Assembly: GCF_001194135.2 (NCBI RefSeq) | Contig: NC_068982.1 | Location: forward strand, 153,969,182 to 154,005,329 | DNA from: Octopus bimaculoides | Taxonomy: Eukaryota | Direction of reading: 5' to 3' | DNA length: 36,148 nucleotides | Shown here: one piece after another, positions 11,300 to 23,769 of the stretch | Numbering within the stretch: the first letter of the stretch is position 1 | Layout: each line of letters begins with the position of its first letter | Position numbers and translations under genes: made by a program | Notes under the pieces: generated by a model | The model's input: only the letters and a program-made list of their open reading frames with translations | What the model was told of the DNA's origin: nothing | Databases searched by the model: none

Positions 11300-12750
11300 A
11301 TAAATGAGCTTCACAAATATGTAAATTTAGTATGGGAAAAAATGGAGTGAAAGAGAGTTTGTGTAAAAAATAAGGAAGGCTAAGGTGATAATAGGCTAGA
11401 GAGATGGATATAGTTAAAAAGTGAGAGATACATGACTTTGCTAAACATTAGTTTCAATACGAGTATTAAAAAAAACAGATATGCATACATTAAAGAGTAG
11501 GTGGTAGAGAGCAGAGAGTATGTATTAAATAGAGAAACTGAGTACAGAGAGATCATGTGTTAGCGTAAAGTAATAGTATGCTATGTTGCTGGATATAATA
11601 AAAACAAACCAACGCACAGACACAAGCAGCTCGTCAAAATTAATGGACGAAATATGATTTTAAAATCTAGGAACATGAAGTAGTACGTAAAAATTGCATA
11701 GAAACGAAGAATTTAAACAACTCAAAGATGGGGGCAAAAGTTCAAAAATTTAAAAGGTCTTTAGTGAAGCAATGTGCATCAGCTATATCGTGGTCAATGA
11801 AAAACCGCGTAAAAGTTATACGAATTTTATATCAAGATCTTATGCGATATTCCAAAGAAATCAAGAGATCGCTCTTAGTAGTAGTAGTAGTAGTAGCACC
11901 ACCACCAGCAGCAGCAGTAGTAGTAGTAGTAGTACGTCGATTACGACGACGAGGGTTCCATTTGATCCGATCAACGGAACATCCTACTCGTGAAATTAAC
12001 GTGCATGTGACTGAGCACTCCACAGACACGTGTACCCTTAACGTAGTTCTCAGAGAGATTCAGCGTGACACAGATTGTGACAAGGCTAACCGTGAGAATA
12101 AAATGTCTTGCTCAAGGATACAATGCGCCGCCGGGAACTGAACTCTCGACCTTACGATCGCGAGCTGAATACCCTAAACACCAAGCCACGCCCTTCACAA
12201 TATATTCCTCTCTATTTCAAATAGTAATGGCATTAACAGTTGCAATTAGTGACTCAGAGAAATGGTTAGGCACGTCTTCTCTTCAACAGATGAGTCCAAG
12301 GAACCAGAAGTTTTGAAGAATGTTTGTAACAGTTCAGTAATTCAGATTTTTGGCTTGAAGTTGATTTGCCTTGAAAAAGGATAAACTACTTTTCACTTAA
12401 ACACGACAGGCATTCGTGGAGTGGAGGTAAGAGCCAGATATGGGCTTTCTTTTTCTAAAACCACCCAGTGAATTCTGAAAGAAACCAAACCATATTATTT
12501 CAAAAGCCATACGTATTTGCACAGACTGACTGAGTCTGTAAAAGTATATAATTAACAACACAAGTGTAGATGACTCTAACCGGTATCTGACAGCTGTCTA
12601 ATTTAGCAAACAAGTATCGTATATTAAAATATATTTAATTATGCTGCATATAGATTTATGATTACAGCAAAAACTTTGGTCAACGCAATCTACATTTATC
12701 AAATAAACGAAGTCATCCATTGAAGTATATGAGAAATGGGAAGTGAACAG
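11300..12750 (-). mobile_element. Penelope-like element fragment 1 (GIY-YIG C-terminus about 12240-12720; decayed 3' UTR about 11300-11870), interrupted by a SINE and (TAG)n
   Basis: The minus strand gives SCQ...RVIYTCVV, RIHWVVLEKESPY and CLSCLSEK*FILF...SELLNCYKHSSKLLV. The purine-rich 11300-11700 segment resembles 24300-24700. Confidence 0.7.
11935..12198 (-). mobile_element. tRNA-derived CORE-SINE (family C)
   Basis: Minus strand GGCGTGGCTTGGTGTTTAGG (A-box), GAGTTCAGTTCC (B-box) and GTATCCTTGAGCAAGACATTT (CORE-like). Confidence 0.8.
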
Positions 12751-13146
12751 TGATTTCACTCCTAACTATTACAATCACCCACAATTATACATATAAAAGA
12801 ACACAATGCAAACTCTCCTAATGCAAATTACATTATCTTTTGATCTCCCACTTAAACATTAGCAATACCATTACGACAAAATATTAAACTCACTTATCTC
12901 ACGATTCATTCACCTGGAACTAATATCATAACGCAACACAGTTGATAAACCTTGCTTTAATGATGGCTTCTAATGACACAGAAAACTTAGCCAATCCATT
13001 CTTAACACTTAGCTTCGGAACATTAATACGTCTGAATTGCTCCTAATATGATCACTTATCAGAATGAAGGAACGAAATAATAAATATTAAATGTGTTACA
13101 GAGCTTCAATTTCCTAGGCGTGTATTTAACACTAGACATGCATTAT

Positions 13147-13390
<244 letters not shown>

Positions 13391-13477
13391 AAAACATATG
13401 TGAACATGTGTATGAGTATGTATGTACGCATGTAGTATAAATGTATGCATATTTGCCTGTTTGTTTCGTCTTCGTAC

Positions 13478-13590
13478 TCTGATGGCTCGACAAAACAGCC
13501 CGACTTAAAAAAAAATACTGGGGTCGATTTGATCGATTAAAGCATCCAAAGGGGTAACGTAACATTGACGTAGACCAATAACTGAAAAAA
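13478..13590 (+). mobile_element. Family-B SINE 3' fragment
   Basis: TACTGGGGTCGATTTGATCGATTAAAG...AACTGAAA matches the 3' parts of the other family-B copies. Confidence 0.55.
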
Positions 13591-13876
13591 AAAATAAAGA
13601 ATAAAATAATATAGGAATATATGTGTGTATGTGTCTGTGTCTATGCGTGTAAGTGTTTGTTTGTGAGCATGTGTATGAATAGGTGGGTGTATGTATGTAT
13701 TTGTGTCGGTCCAAATTGGCACTAGACATTTATTTACCTTCTACTGAAGCGAAAATAATTTCAGCATAAGAATTTATCTTCTGCAGTACTTATTATGTAT
13801 TTATTCATCTTCTTTGTCCAAATTTATAGTACTCACAACTCTGAGTTATTTCTCTTAGCTCAATTTTATTTAACTC

Positions 13877-13933
<57 letters not shown>

Positions 13934-14272
13934 TTATATATATTACATATATGTCCATCGGGGACATAGCAGCCCCTCAACGATTTATAGAATATCAGTG
14001 TCTATTCAGTTCAGACATGGTGTCGCAAATAGTCTGAAGGCTAACTGAAAAACAAATTAATAGTGACGGAAGCAATAATAGTACCAAAAAGTGATATCTG
14101 TCGCCCACTTAATGTGAATGTTGAGTTAAAACAGAGAATATGCTTTATTTACCGTGAGAAAACCTCTCATATGAACTTGTGGTGATTAGAAGCAGTCGTG
14201 TTTTTATATATATATATACATGTGTGTGTGTGGGGGGGGGGTGTAAAGAAATTATGATGAATTTAAATTTAA

Positions 14273-14377
14273 ATCATTTGTACCCTACGTGCGTTTCACC
14301 CTTGGGGTTATTTGCAACATCTGATGTAGGGGATTCAAACAATCACAATGGTGAAACGTATGTAGGAAACAAATGAT
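14273..14377. repeat. 105-bp hairpin with 28-bp inverted arms (24/28 match)
   Basis: ATCATTTGTACCCTACGTGCGTTTCACC ... GGTGAAACGTATGTAGGAAACAAATGAT. Confidence 0.85.
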
Positions 14378-14444
14378 ATAAACTTGTGTTTATCATAATT
14401 TCTCTTACACTTGCTCTTTATATCATAACCAGTAATAGTATTAA

Positions 14445-15430
14445 GGCAGGAAAAGCAGGAAAGCAGCGAACGCCTACATGAAGGTATGCGCTGTATACAG
14501 ACAGGATGCTGCTACGGAACGTTTGTACCAGAACTGGTTGTCAAGATTTCGATCTGGAAATTTTTCGGTTGAAGATGCACCTCGCTCTGGCCGGTCAACT
14601 CAGATTGACAGAGACACCAACCCCGTTATACGATCAGAGTTATCGTATGTATTCCCCAAATATCCAAGTCAAGTGTTGAAATACATCAGTTTCTACTTGT
14701 TTACTTCAAATTGCTTACGTCAGCTTGATGTTTGGGTTCCGCATTAATTGAATGTGGCTAATCTCAACCAATGGATTTCTGTCTACGATTCGTTGCAGAA
14801 ACCTGAAGAAAACGATCCCTTTATTTTTAAGAGAATGTCGACAGGAGGCGTAAATGGATCGTCTATAACAATGTGAAGCTCAAACGTCGGTGGCAGTACG
14901 AGGCGAACAACCACAAACAACTTGTAAAGCAGGACTTTGCCCGAGGAAGGTTATGCTTTGAATTTGGTAGGACTAGAAGGAAATTGTCCAGCTGGAAAAC
15001 ATAAATGCAGCGGTCAGCAAGAAACGTCCATCATTTGCTAACCGTATGGGCATTGTCTTTTATCACAATACCACATCGTACACTTCTTTGCGCTCGTGGC
15101 GTGTGTTACTAAATCTGGTCCTGGAAGTTTTGCAGCACCTTCAATATTCGCCCGATCTTGAGCCTTTAGTTTTCCACCTGCTTTGATCCTTTCAAAATTA
15201 ATTGAACGGACAGACCTTCAACATCTGAAGAGGGTATAAAAATTTACCTGCAAGAGTTTTTCGCCCACAAAGACACGAAATTCTTTGAGTAGGGAATAAT
15301 GGATTTGCCCACAAAATGTAAGAAGGTTCTAGAAGGAAGCAGCAACTATATCATTGATTGACTATATAGCTTTGTTTTTAAGACGTCTTAATTTTGCTTA
15401 AAATACTGAATATATGCAGCCAAACACTGA
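14445..15430 (+). mobile_element. Decayed mariner (DD34D) transposon
   Basis: VCAVY..DAATER..QNWLSRFRSGNFSVEDAPRSGR, LDVWVPH, KWIVYNNV, RKVML, YSPDL (about 15145); 3' TIR-like sequence near 15410-15428. Confidence 0.9.
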
Positions 15431-15451
15431 CACACACAGATGCATACAACC

Positions 15452-15478
15452 AAGTATACATACATACATACTACATAC

Positions 15479-15533
<55 letters not shown>

Positions 15534-15708
15534 NNNNNNNNNNNNNNNNNNNNNNNNNNNNNNNNNNNNNNNNNNNNNNNNNNNNNNNNNNNNNNNNNNN
15601 NNNNNNNNNNNNNNNNNNNNNNNNNNNNNNNNNNNNNNNNNNNNNNNNNNNNNNNNNNNNNNNNNNNNNNNNNNNNNNNNNNNNNNNNNNNNNNNNNNNN
15701 NNNNNNNN

Positions 15709-15778
<70 letters not shown>

Positions 15779-15810
15779 CGTCTGTGTGTGTGTTTGTGTT
15801 TGTGATACAT
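15452..15810. repeat. (CATA)n/(TA)n, gap 15534-15708, (TG)n
   Basis: Direct inspection. Confidence 0.95.
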
Positions 15811-16037
15811 ACATATATATACATACGGATATATAACGTCGACAGAAAAATACATATTTATATAAATAAGTGTGAACAGGGCATATCAGGTATTTCTTCG
15901 AAATTACCGCCAATAAAAGTATTAAAAATGCATACATACTCCCACGGCCACATACATATGTATATACACATACGCATAAATATATGCATACTCGCACTAA
16001 TGCCTGTGTGCGTGTGTGCCTTTGAATTGTGCATATG

Positions 16038-16038
16038 T

Positions 16039-16093
<55 letters not shown>

Positions 16094-16140
16094 AAGCAGC
16101 AGCAGCAGCCACCGCCGCCGTCACCGTTGCTGTAGCAGCA
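16038..16140. repeat. (TAG)n grading into (CAG)n
   Basis: Direct inspection. Confidence 0.95.
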
Positions 16141-16449
16141 GTATTAATAGTTGTTGTCGCTGTTTCTTCAAATTCGATGTTTCATTCGGCATTCCATTCC
16201 TATATTCGAATTGCGTCGTAATTATATTAACAGTACTAAGTTAGGGCATATTGTCGGAAACATGGTTCCCAAGTGTACATGTATATATATGTATGTATGC
16301 ATGTATGTACGTACGTATGCATATATGTATGTATGTATGTATGTATCTACATACATACATGCATGTATGTATTTATATACATACATGCATACACTTACAT
16401 AAATATATGTGTGTGTATATGGTTGTTCATTTCTTTACATGTGTATGTT

Positions 16450-16493
<44 letters not shown>

Positions 16494-16563
16494 GATAGAT
16501 AATGTGCGACAATAACGACATTCATCCGTACATTGGTATACACAAAAAAACAGATATACATAC

Positions 16564-16634
<71 letters not shown>

Positions 16635-17129
16635 CACACACATTTACACATATATGTGTGGGTTTGCGTATATGCATACACACACATATACATCTTCATA
16701 CGTGCATACATAAATAACTAAGTACATACGTACACATACTCTCACACACTCACAGATATATATATACATACATATCAACAAACATATAGTTGTCGAAAAA
16801 TACAAAGCGAGAGAAAGAATAAAATGGAAGAATTCCAAACGAGAATAAAGAAATAAACATGAGAATACTACTGGCGGGCTCATAAAAATCATTGATGTGT
16901 TATCAGTGCTTCATATGATAGCCTACAAGGATATCAGAAAACCCAGCGGTATATCACATTCTTATATTCTGCAACATTATTGCCCATTGTTTTGGGAAGT
17001 AAATATATTCAGTGCATTGTTTGTGTATTTTCTTCACTCACACGGAAAAAAAAATGGCATGAAAACGAAGCATTATCTAGTCTGATAAACGACAGGATAT
17101 GTGTAATCTATACAAGCACAAGCACACAC

Positions 17130-18200
17130 GCGCACACGTGTGTATGTGTGTGTGTGTGTGTGTGTGTTTGTGTGTGTTTGTGTGTGTGTGTGTGTGTGTG
17201 TATGTATATGTGTCTGCCTATATATATATATATATATATANNNNNNNNNNNNNNNNNNNNNNNNNNNNNNNNNNNNNNNNNNNNNNNNNNNNNNNNNNNN
17301 NNNNNNNNNNNNNNNNNNNNNNNNNNNNNNNNNNNNNNNNNNNNNNNNNNNNNNNNNNNNNNNNNNNNNNNNNNNNNNNNNNNNNNNNNNNNNNNNNNNN
17401 NNNNNNNNNNNNNNNNNNNNNNNNNNNNNNNNNNNNNNNNNNNNNNNNNNNNNNNNNNNNNNNNNNNNNNNNNNNNNNNNNNNNNNNNNNNNNNNNNNNN
17501 NNNNNNNNNNNNNNNNNNNNNNNNNNNNNNNNNNNNNNNNNNNNNNNNNNNNNNNNNNNNNNNNNNNNNNNNNNNNNNNNNNNNNNNNNNNNNNNNNNNN
17601 NNNNNNNNNNNNNNNNNNNNNNNNNNNNNNNNNNNNNNNNNNNNNNNNNNNNNNNNNNNNNNNNNNNNNNNNNNNNNNNNNNNNNNNNNNNNNNNNNNNN
17701 NNNNNNNNNNNNNNNNNNNNNNNNNNNNNNNNNNNNNNNNNNNNNNNNNNNNNNNNNNNNNNNNNNNNNNNNNNNNNNNNNNNNNNNNNNNNNNNNNNNN
17801 NNNNNNNNNNNNNNNNNNNNNNNNNNNNNNNNNNNNNNNNNNNNNNNNNNNNNNNNNNNNNNNNNNNNNNNNNNNNNNNNNNNNNNNNNNNNNNNNNNNN
17901 NNNNNNNNNNNNNNNNNNNNNNNNNNNNNNNNNNNNNNNNNNNNNNNNNNNNNNNNNNNNNNNNNNNNNNNNNNNNNNNNNNNNNNNNNNNNNNNNNNNN
18001 NNNNNNNNNNNNNNNNNNNNNNNAGAAGAAGAAGAAGAAGAAGAAGAAGAAGAAGAAGAAGAAGAAGAAGGGTGAGGAGAAGAAGAAGAAGAAGAATGAG
18101 AAGAAGAAGAAGAAGAAGAAGAAGAAGAATAAGAAGAAGAAGGGTGAGGAGGAGGAGGAGAAGAAGTAGAAAAAGAAGAAGAAGAAGGGAAAGTAAGGGA
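17130..18200. repeat. (TG)n/(TA)n, gap 17241-18023, (GAA)n
   Basis: Direct inspection. Confidence 0.95.
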
Positions 18201-18269
18201 AGTAGTAAAACAGCTATACAAAAAAAAAATGGAAGTATAAAGGCAATTAAACATAATCAACATTCTTCC

Positions 18270-18560
18270 CACCAACTCTTTCACCACCACCCCACCTACT
18301 TCTTCATCAAGTCCTTCTTCCTCATTAGGATCTTCATCTTTGTGTCCATCATCATCATCATCATTCATATCTTCGGCAGCTGCAGCTACAGCATCAATTG
18401 ACATCATAAATGTCCTTGTCGTTGCCATCTGACTGTCATCGTCATCATCAACAGTAGCAACAACAGCCTCATCATCGTCGTTGTCATGGTCGACGTCTAC
18501 AGCGTCATCGCCGTTATGGTTATTCTCATCATCAACCTCAGGCTCGTTCCTTTCTTCCTC
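18270..18560. repeat. Degenerate (CAT/CAG/CTT)n low-complexity tract
   Basis: Cryptic trinucleotide repeat producing Asp/Glu- or Ser-rich pseudo-ORFs. Confidence 0.8.
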
Positions 18561-19087
18561 TTCATCCCTCTCAGAATTTCTACTAACCAACAGAGGAACG
18601 AGGGAGCTTCAAAGGGATCGATCGACCTGCTAGAACTAACAGTAGAATCTGTGATTGACCATTCCCTACGAAATGTCTGGATAAAAGATAGTTTGATCAT
18701 ACTTGGAGCACTTTTTAATCATAGATTTTCTCCATCTAACCTTGCTTGGCCTGGGAAGGAATCGTCATTAGCAACGTAGCCAATATTTATGTTATCATCA
18801 CCCTCATCTTTATTACCAGTAACAACCCATTGCTATGACAAGGATAACGAGATCACTGCGGTGGCCGCGGTAACGAAGGTGATGAGGAGGAGGAGGAGGA
18901 GGAAGAAGACGACGGCGACGACGACGATGATGATGATGATGAACATTACCATTATAGGTGTTGTCATCATCAGCATCCTCATCATCAGCATGATACAATG
19001 TAAAAATGCTCTCTTCTATGTCAATATTATGACTCTATGTACGTATGTATGTATGCATATATGTATACACATACGCACACAGACACA

Positions 19088-19119
<32 letters not shown>

Positions 19120-19132
19120 NNNNNNNNNNNNN

Positions 19133-19184
<52 letters not shown>

Positions 19185-19289
19185 CTGTATCTTGATAAAG
19201 GTTGACAGATACAGAGATACACATGTAGATAGGTAACCTACTTTAGAAAGAATTTTTTTCTTGTTAATCATGAGAAAACAACAACAAAC

Positions 19290-19348
19290 CAAAAAACAAC
19301 AATAGCAGAAGTAGCTGATGCAGCAGCATCAGTAGCAGTAGCAGCAGC

Positions 19349-19388
<40 letters not shown>

Positions 19389-19400
19389 TCATCATCAGCA
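19290..19400. repeat. (CAG)n/(CAA)n/(CAT)n microsatellite
   Basis: Direct inspection. Confidence 0.9.
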
Positions 19401-19769
19401 ACCTATGTTTTGAAGTTTACAAAAATACGTTCTGAAACATGCTGATGGCTAATATTAGTACATTTCATATTCTAGGATTTTAATGGCACCTTTGAAGTAG
19501 TTTCTTCTTTTTTCTTTTCGTTCCTTTTTCTTTTTTTTTTTTTTTTTGGAATATGTTGGAAGAAGAGGTGAAATGAGTAAGAAGGAGCCGTAAACGTTCG
19601 TACTTTTGTAGATCGAGACTAGAATTGATTCTGGTTTCTTTCTGTTTTGTTTTTCTTTTCCTTACTTTTCTTTAATATATGCATCATTTTATTGATAATC
19701 AATATAGGTTGACCAATGTAGAGGGCATACACAGCGTGAAATTATGCATCACCTTTTCCTCTTTCCTTT

Positions 19770-19990
19770 TAAGCGTCATCATTGTTATCCTCTTCATCCT
19801 CACCCTCCTCATCATCATCATCGTCGTCGTCATCATCTTCATCATTATCATCATCATCAGTGTCAACACCACCCCAACATCATCGTTGTCGTCGTCATCG
19901 TCGTCGTAATGATCATCATCTTCATCATTATCATCATCATTATGATCATCAACATCCTCTTCATCATCCTCATCATTATCATCTTTAACA
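19770..19990. repeat. Degenerate (CAT/CGT)n tract
   Basis: Direct inspection. Confidence 0.9.
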
Positions 19991-20099
19991 TCATATGAGA
20001 AATAATGCACGTGCATTCGATGAACCCTAGAAATGGAGGAGAAATAGCAATAACCAATTAAAAAGAAAACTACAAATGGAACTGACATATAATATTTAC

Positions 20100-20384
20100 C
20101 TTGCTGGTGATAAAGAATCTCTTGATATATCTGACGTTATATTGGGTAAAGCTGATCTGAAGTAGCTGACCAACGAAGCAATCGTTTGTGTTGATGGTTG
20201 AAATGAATTTATTTGTCCAATTTAACGACGAAGTTTTGTGAAATTGCATTCTTTCTTCCCGCATTCTTTTGTTATCTCTAGTATATCTTAAACACCGCAC
20301 TTGCCATTTCCCCAGTTCTTTCTCATGAGAACGTTTGCCACCAAAAATTCCTTCCTCGTCCATTATTCTTTTTATATTTTTTTC
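20100..20384 (-). CDS. Candidate exon ending at donor AAG|GTAAAT: either 285 nt (phase 0-0) or 66 nt (20165-20100, phase 2-2)
   Basis: A 95-codon open frame lies between CTACAG| and the donor. The alternative acceptor TTCGTTGGTCAG| gives YFRSALPNITSDISRDSLSPA. No homology recognised. Confidence 0.25.
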
Positions 20385-20454
20385 CTGTAGACGTCATGAT
20401 GCAATTGTTTAAGAGTTTCTTCTTCCTCCAGAACAAAATACTAAAAGAACCATC

Positions 20455-20870
20455 GGTATAGGCACAGGAATGTCTGTAAGGTTAAGAAGCTCGCTTTACA
20501 ATCACGTGGTTTCAGGTTCAATCCCCCTATGCGACACCTTGGAATAGTGTCACCTACAATAGCCTCGAGACGAGAAATGCCTTGTGAATAAATTTGGTAC
20601 ACGGAAACTGCATAGAAGCCCGTCGGATATATAAATATATACATGAATATACATATATGTATGTATATATGTACGTGTATGTGTGTGTGTCTTATCACCG
20701 CTTGACAACTGGTGTTGATTTGTTTATGTCTTCGTAAATAAGCACTTCTGCAAAAGAGACGTTAGAATATGTAACAGACTGAAAACAAATACTGATTTCG
20801 ATTTGTTTGGCTAAATTCTTTGGTGCTCCAGCATGACCACAATTCAATGGCTGAAACGAATAAGGGATAA
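20455..20870 (+). mobile_element. Family-B CORE-SINE, near full length
   Basis: GGTTCAATCCCC B-box, GCGACACCTTGG CORE-like segment, internal TATG repeat and GGTGCTCCAGCATGACCACA...GGCTGAAAC tail. Confidence 0.8.
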
Positions 20871-21869
20871 AATAAGATTTATGATGATTTCAAATATGAA
20901 TATACTGTGCTTGTTAAGAAAATATAAAACCTACTCTTTCTGATTATGGCGTGATTATACACTAAGTTATTAAGTGCAATAAATGACGATCTAAGTGCCT
21001 CGTATAGGACAAACATATATAAGACAGTTTAATGCATGCTGATCAGCGTAACAAATTGTAAGGAAAACCAATGTGTTTATATATGTTACTAATAGTTACG
21101 AGAATAATTATTATGATAATTTTAAGGATCACGCTAGTATAGTAATCATCATTTCACTCTCCAATTCTCCTCCCGTCCCGCTCATTTGTCTCTTCTCCGC
21201 CTTTTCCTCTCATTTGTCTCCTCTTTATCGCCATGTTGCTAGTTTACAAAGTACCATAATCACAGCTATTGGTATTACCACCACTGTCACAATCATTACT
21301 ACCGTAACAACCGTTTTCATTTCAGTTACCATACTCATACCAACATCATTATCATCCTCAATATCAGTAGGAAAATTTTTCTAGAATCACAGAAGGCAAA
21401 TTTTCCCAAGATTTCATCCCACGTCCAGTCCCAGATAACGAATGACATATTGAACACTGTTGTACAAAAAGCCTTTTTCTGAAAAAAAAAAAAAAGACCT
21501 GATGATCACGCTTATAGCATCTTTGATCGTAGACCTGCTAAATTAAGGGTTAACTGGAAACTAAATAAAACATGGATATCATTTGCAGCAGTAGCAACAA
21601 TAAAAACAGCAGCAGCATTGTTTTACGAAAGTCCTCTTGAAAATTGTCCTGAAGTGATTCAATGCATGCACTTTGTCTCTCTTCTTTTCTTTCACTCTTC
21701 TTTTCTGACAAACAAATTAAGTCCTGTTTCTCTAAGCATGAACCTAAAAATAACGTTCATTTTATCTTTCGTGTTCCTATATTCTTGCTTTCGTTTTATT
21801 CCTTGGAACACACACACGCACAAACACACTCACACACAAACACACTCACACACAAACACACATACATAC

Positions 21870-22035
21870 ACGCGATCAGCGTTATCCATTTTCCGTCTAC
21901 AAAATTATATTCACAATTTATTTATCAACCGAGGGCTATGGTACAAGATACTTACTCAAAGTACAAGCAGTGAGATGAAATGAACCTGCAACCATGTAGT
22001 TGCGAAAGCGCAAATTTCTTACCTACAGCACCATA
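21870..22035 (-). mobile_element. Family-B CORE-SINE head, inverted
   Basis: TTTCCGTCTAC...GGGCTATGGTACAAGATACTTACTCAA...ACCATGTAGTTGC..TTTCTTACC. Confidence 0.7.
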
Positions 22036-22129
22036 CTTTGTGTGTATATATGTGGGATTGAGTGTGTGTGTGTGTGTGTGTGTATGTAGGTGTGTATGTG
22101 TGTAACTATACGGATTTGCGTGTAGATGT

Positions 22130-22300
22130 GTGTATATAAACGTATATTGGAGATTGGCAAATTTTGTGACCAGAACAAAAGTAGTTCCGACCGAATTGTG
22201 TCACTGTATACGAGACCATTCATATAAATTCCAGAGGATAAAAACATTGAAGCAGTACCCCCAACATGGGCGCAGTCCAATTACTGTAACCAATAAGAGA
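22130..22300 (+). mobile_element. Family-B SINE 3' fragment
   Basis: GCAGTACCCCCAACATGGGCGCAGTCCAATTACTGTAAC resembles the family-B tail. Confidence 0.5.
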
Positions 22301-23153
22301 AAAAAAAACATAACATTAAATCGTTTCATGGTAAAATAGATACCAGCATATTAAATGTAACAATTTAAGAAATTTTAATTATAGTTTCACATTTAAAGAT
22401 GAGAACAATCACTTTCTAAATCACTAATTATGCACAAGATAGATAGAAGTCAATAATCCCAAAATTTTAATTAACTAAAATTAATTAACTATGGATTGCA
22501 GTGAGGAGTGAGTCTGCTACTTAGCAGTATGATGACAAAATCTTTTAGATTATCAGAGTTCATCAGTGCAGCATAGTCTAACCGAGACCGCTAGATTTTA
22601 CCACGACTAGAGAGATATAGAAGTGTTATGGATGAACACAGGATGCTGTTGTAAATTAAAAGAATCACATGGAGGAAAACTCCTCAGAATGCTGCGTAAT
22701 ATACGATAGATGCTAACATACCTAATGTTGTAAACAAAACAAAAATCTTCATTAAAATTACCTACTTAATGATAAGAATAGATGAAAAAAAAAAACAGGT
22801 CGTACGTGGGATAACCCGATGTTTTAATTTAACTGTAATTATCGTTTCTGTCAACAAGACGTTTTCCTTATCAGGTTCATGGGATGATTTTATAATTATA
22901 AAACTGAAAAAAGATATCAGTTCTGCGGTTTTCATTTTTTTTTTTAACTCTGGAGTTATATATAAATCAATTATAACAACTTTAAATCCAACTTACTGAA
23001 TGAATCAACCGTGTAATTTAGATCACATGTTCACACAGGTAGCAGTTTTCACGTCTCTAACATTTGAATGACTGTAAATTGCCGCTTTAGGGATTCAAAA
23101 GTAAAACAGTAAACAAAAACATACATACATACAAACATAAATACATACATACA

Positions 23154-23189
<36 letters not shown>

Positions 23190-23204
23190 CATATATATAT
23201 ATAT

Positions 23205-23460
23205 ATAACGATCTCACGATCGCTAGGTTGTGATTTCAATTCCTAGAGCGGGTGGTACGTTGTGTTCTTGAGCAAAACATTTCATCTCGCGTTGAGCTGC
23301 GATCACTTCGACACCTGGTGCGTGATTCAAGCAACGTCGATCTGATGGAGACAGTGAGCTAATGTGCGACACCAACATTCGATCACTATAAACAAATTAT
23401 TTGTGCAGGTCATTCGGGAAAGCTGGACGCTCATAAGTCGCCTTCGACTGGAGGGTCTAT
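23205..23460 (+). mobile_element. tRNA-derived CORE-SINE related to family C
   Basis: TCTCACGATCGCTAGGTTGTGATTTCAATTCC head and GTGTTCTTGAGCAAAACATTT CORE-like segment. Confidence 0.7.
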
Positions 23461-23481
23461 CATATATGTGTNNNNNNNNNN

Positions 23482-23633
23482 GACGATGAAGTAGGCTAGC
23501 CCAATACGTAGATATAGAGGGAGAAGTCTCGACGTCAGAGTATTTAAGTAGAGATCATTCGAACGTGCGATATAACAATGGCGACGAGGATTTCGTGGCT
23601 CACACAGTCACTGTGTAGTATTGCGATATAACA
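23482..23633 (+). mobile_element. Short LTR remnant (ends ..ATAACA at 23577) followed by a tRNA-Ser(GCU) primer-binding site (23579-23591)
   Basis: TGGCGACGAGGAT is the exact complement of the 3' 13 nt (ATCCTCGTCGCCA) of metazoan tRNA-Ser(GCU) and lies 1 nt after CA. The LTR start is hidden by the 10-N gap. Confidence 0.7.
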
Positions 23634-23769
23634 TATATATATATATATATATATATACATATTTTTTATATTTTTATATACATATATGTACATGCGTACA
23701 CATGTGAGTACGTACAAACACATGTGTGCAACAAGGTGCAGTAAATAACCCTCGAATACTAAAAGAAGG

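Noticed and set aside
12398-12478. Apparent terminal exon IHWVVLEKESPYLALTSTPRMPVVFK* after TTTCTTTCAG
   Set aside because: Better explained as the I.W.IL....PY motif of the Penelope GIY-YIG domain, with the continuation in another frame.
13930-14050. Strong minus-strand acceptor TTTGTTTTTCAG at about 14045
   Set aside because: All three frames hit stops before a donor.
16980-18590. Longest ORFs in the track (473 and 505 aa)
   Set aside because: Open only because they span the 783-N gap and the (GAA)n or CAT-type repeats.
22760-22905. Minus-strand acceptor/donor pair with a GAIN/GPS-like reading
   Set aside because: The only open frame ends in TAG at the donor; resemblance is superficial.
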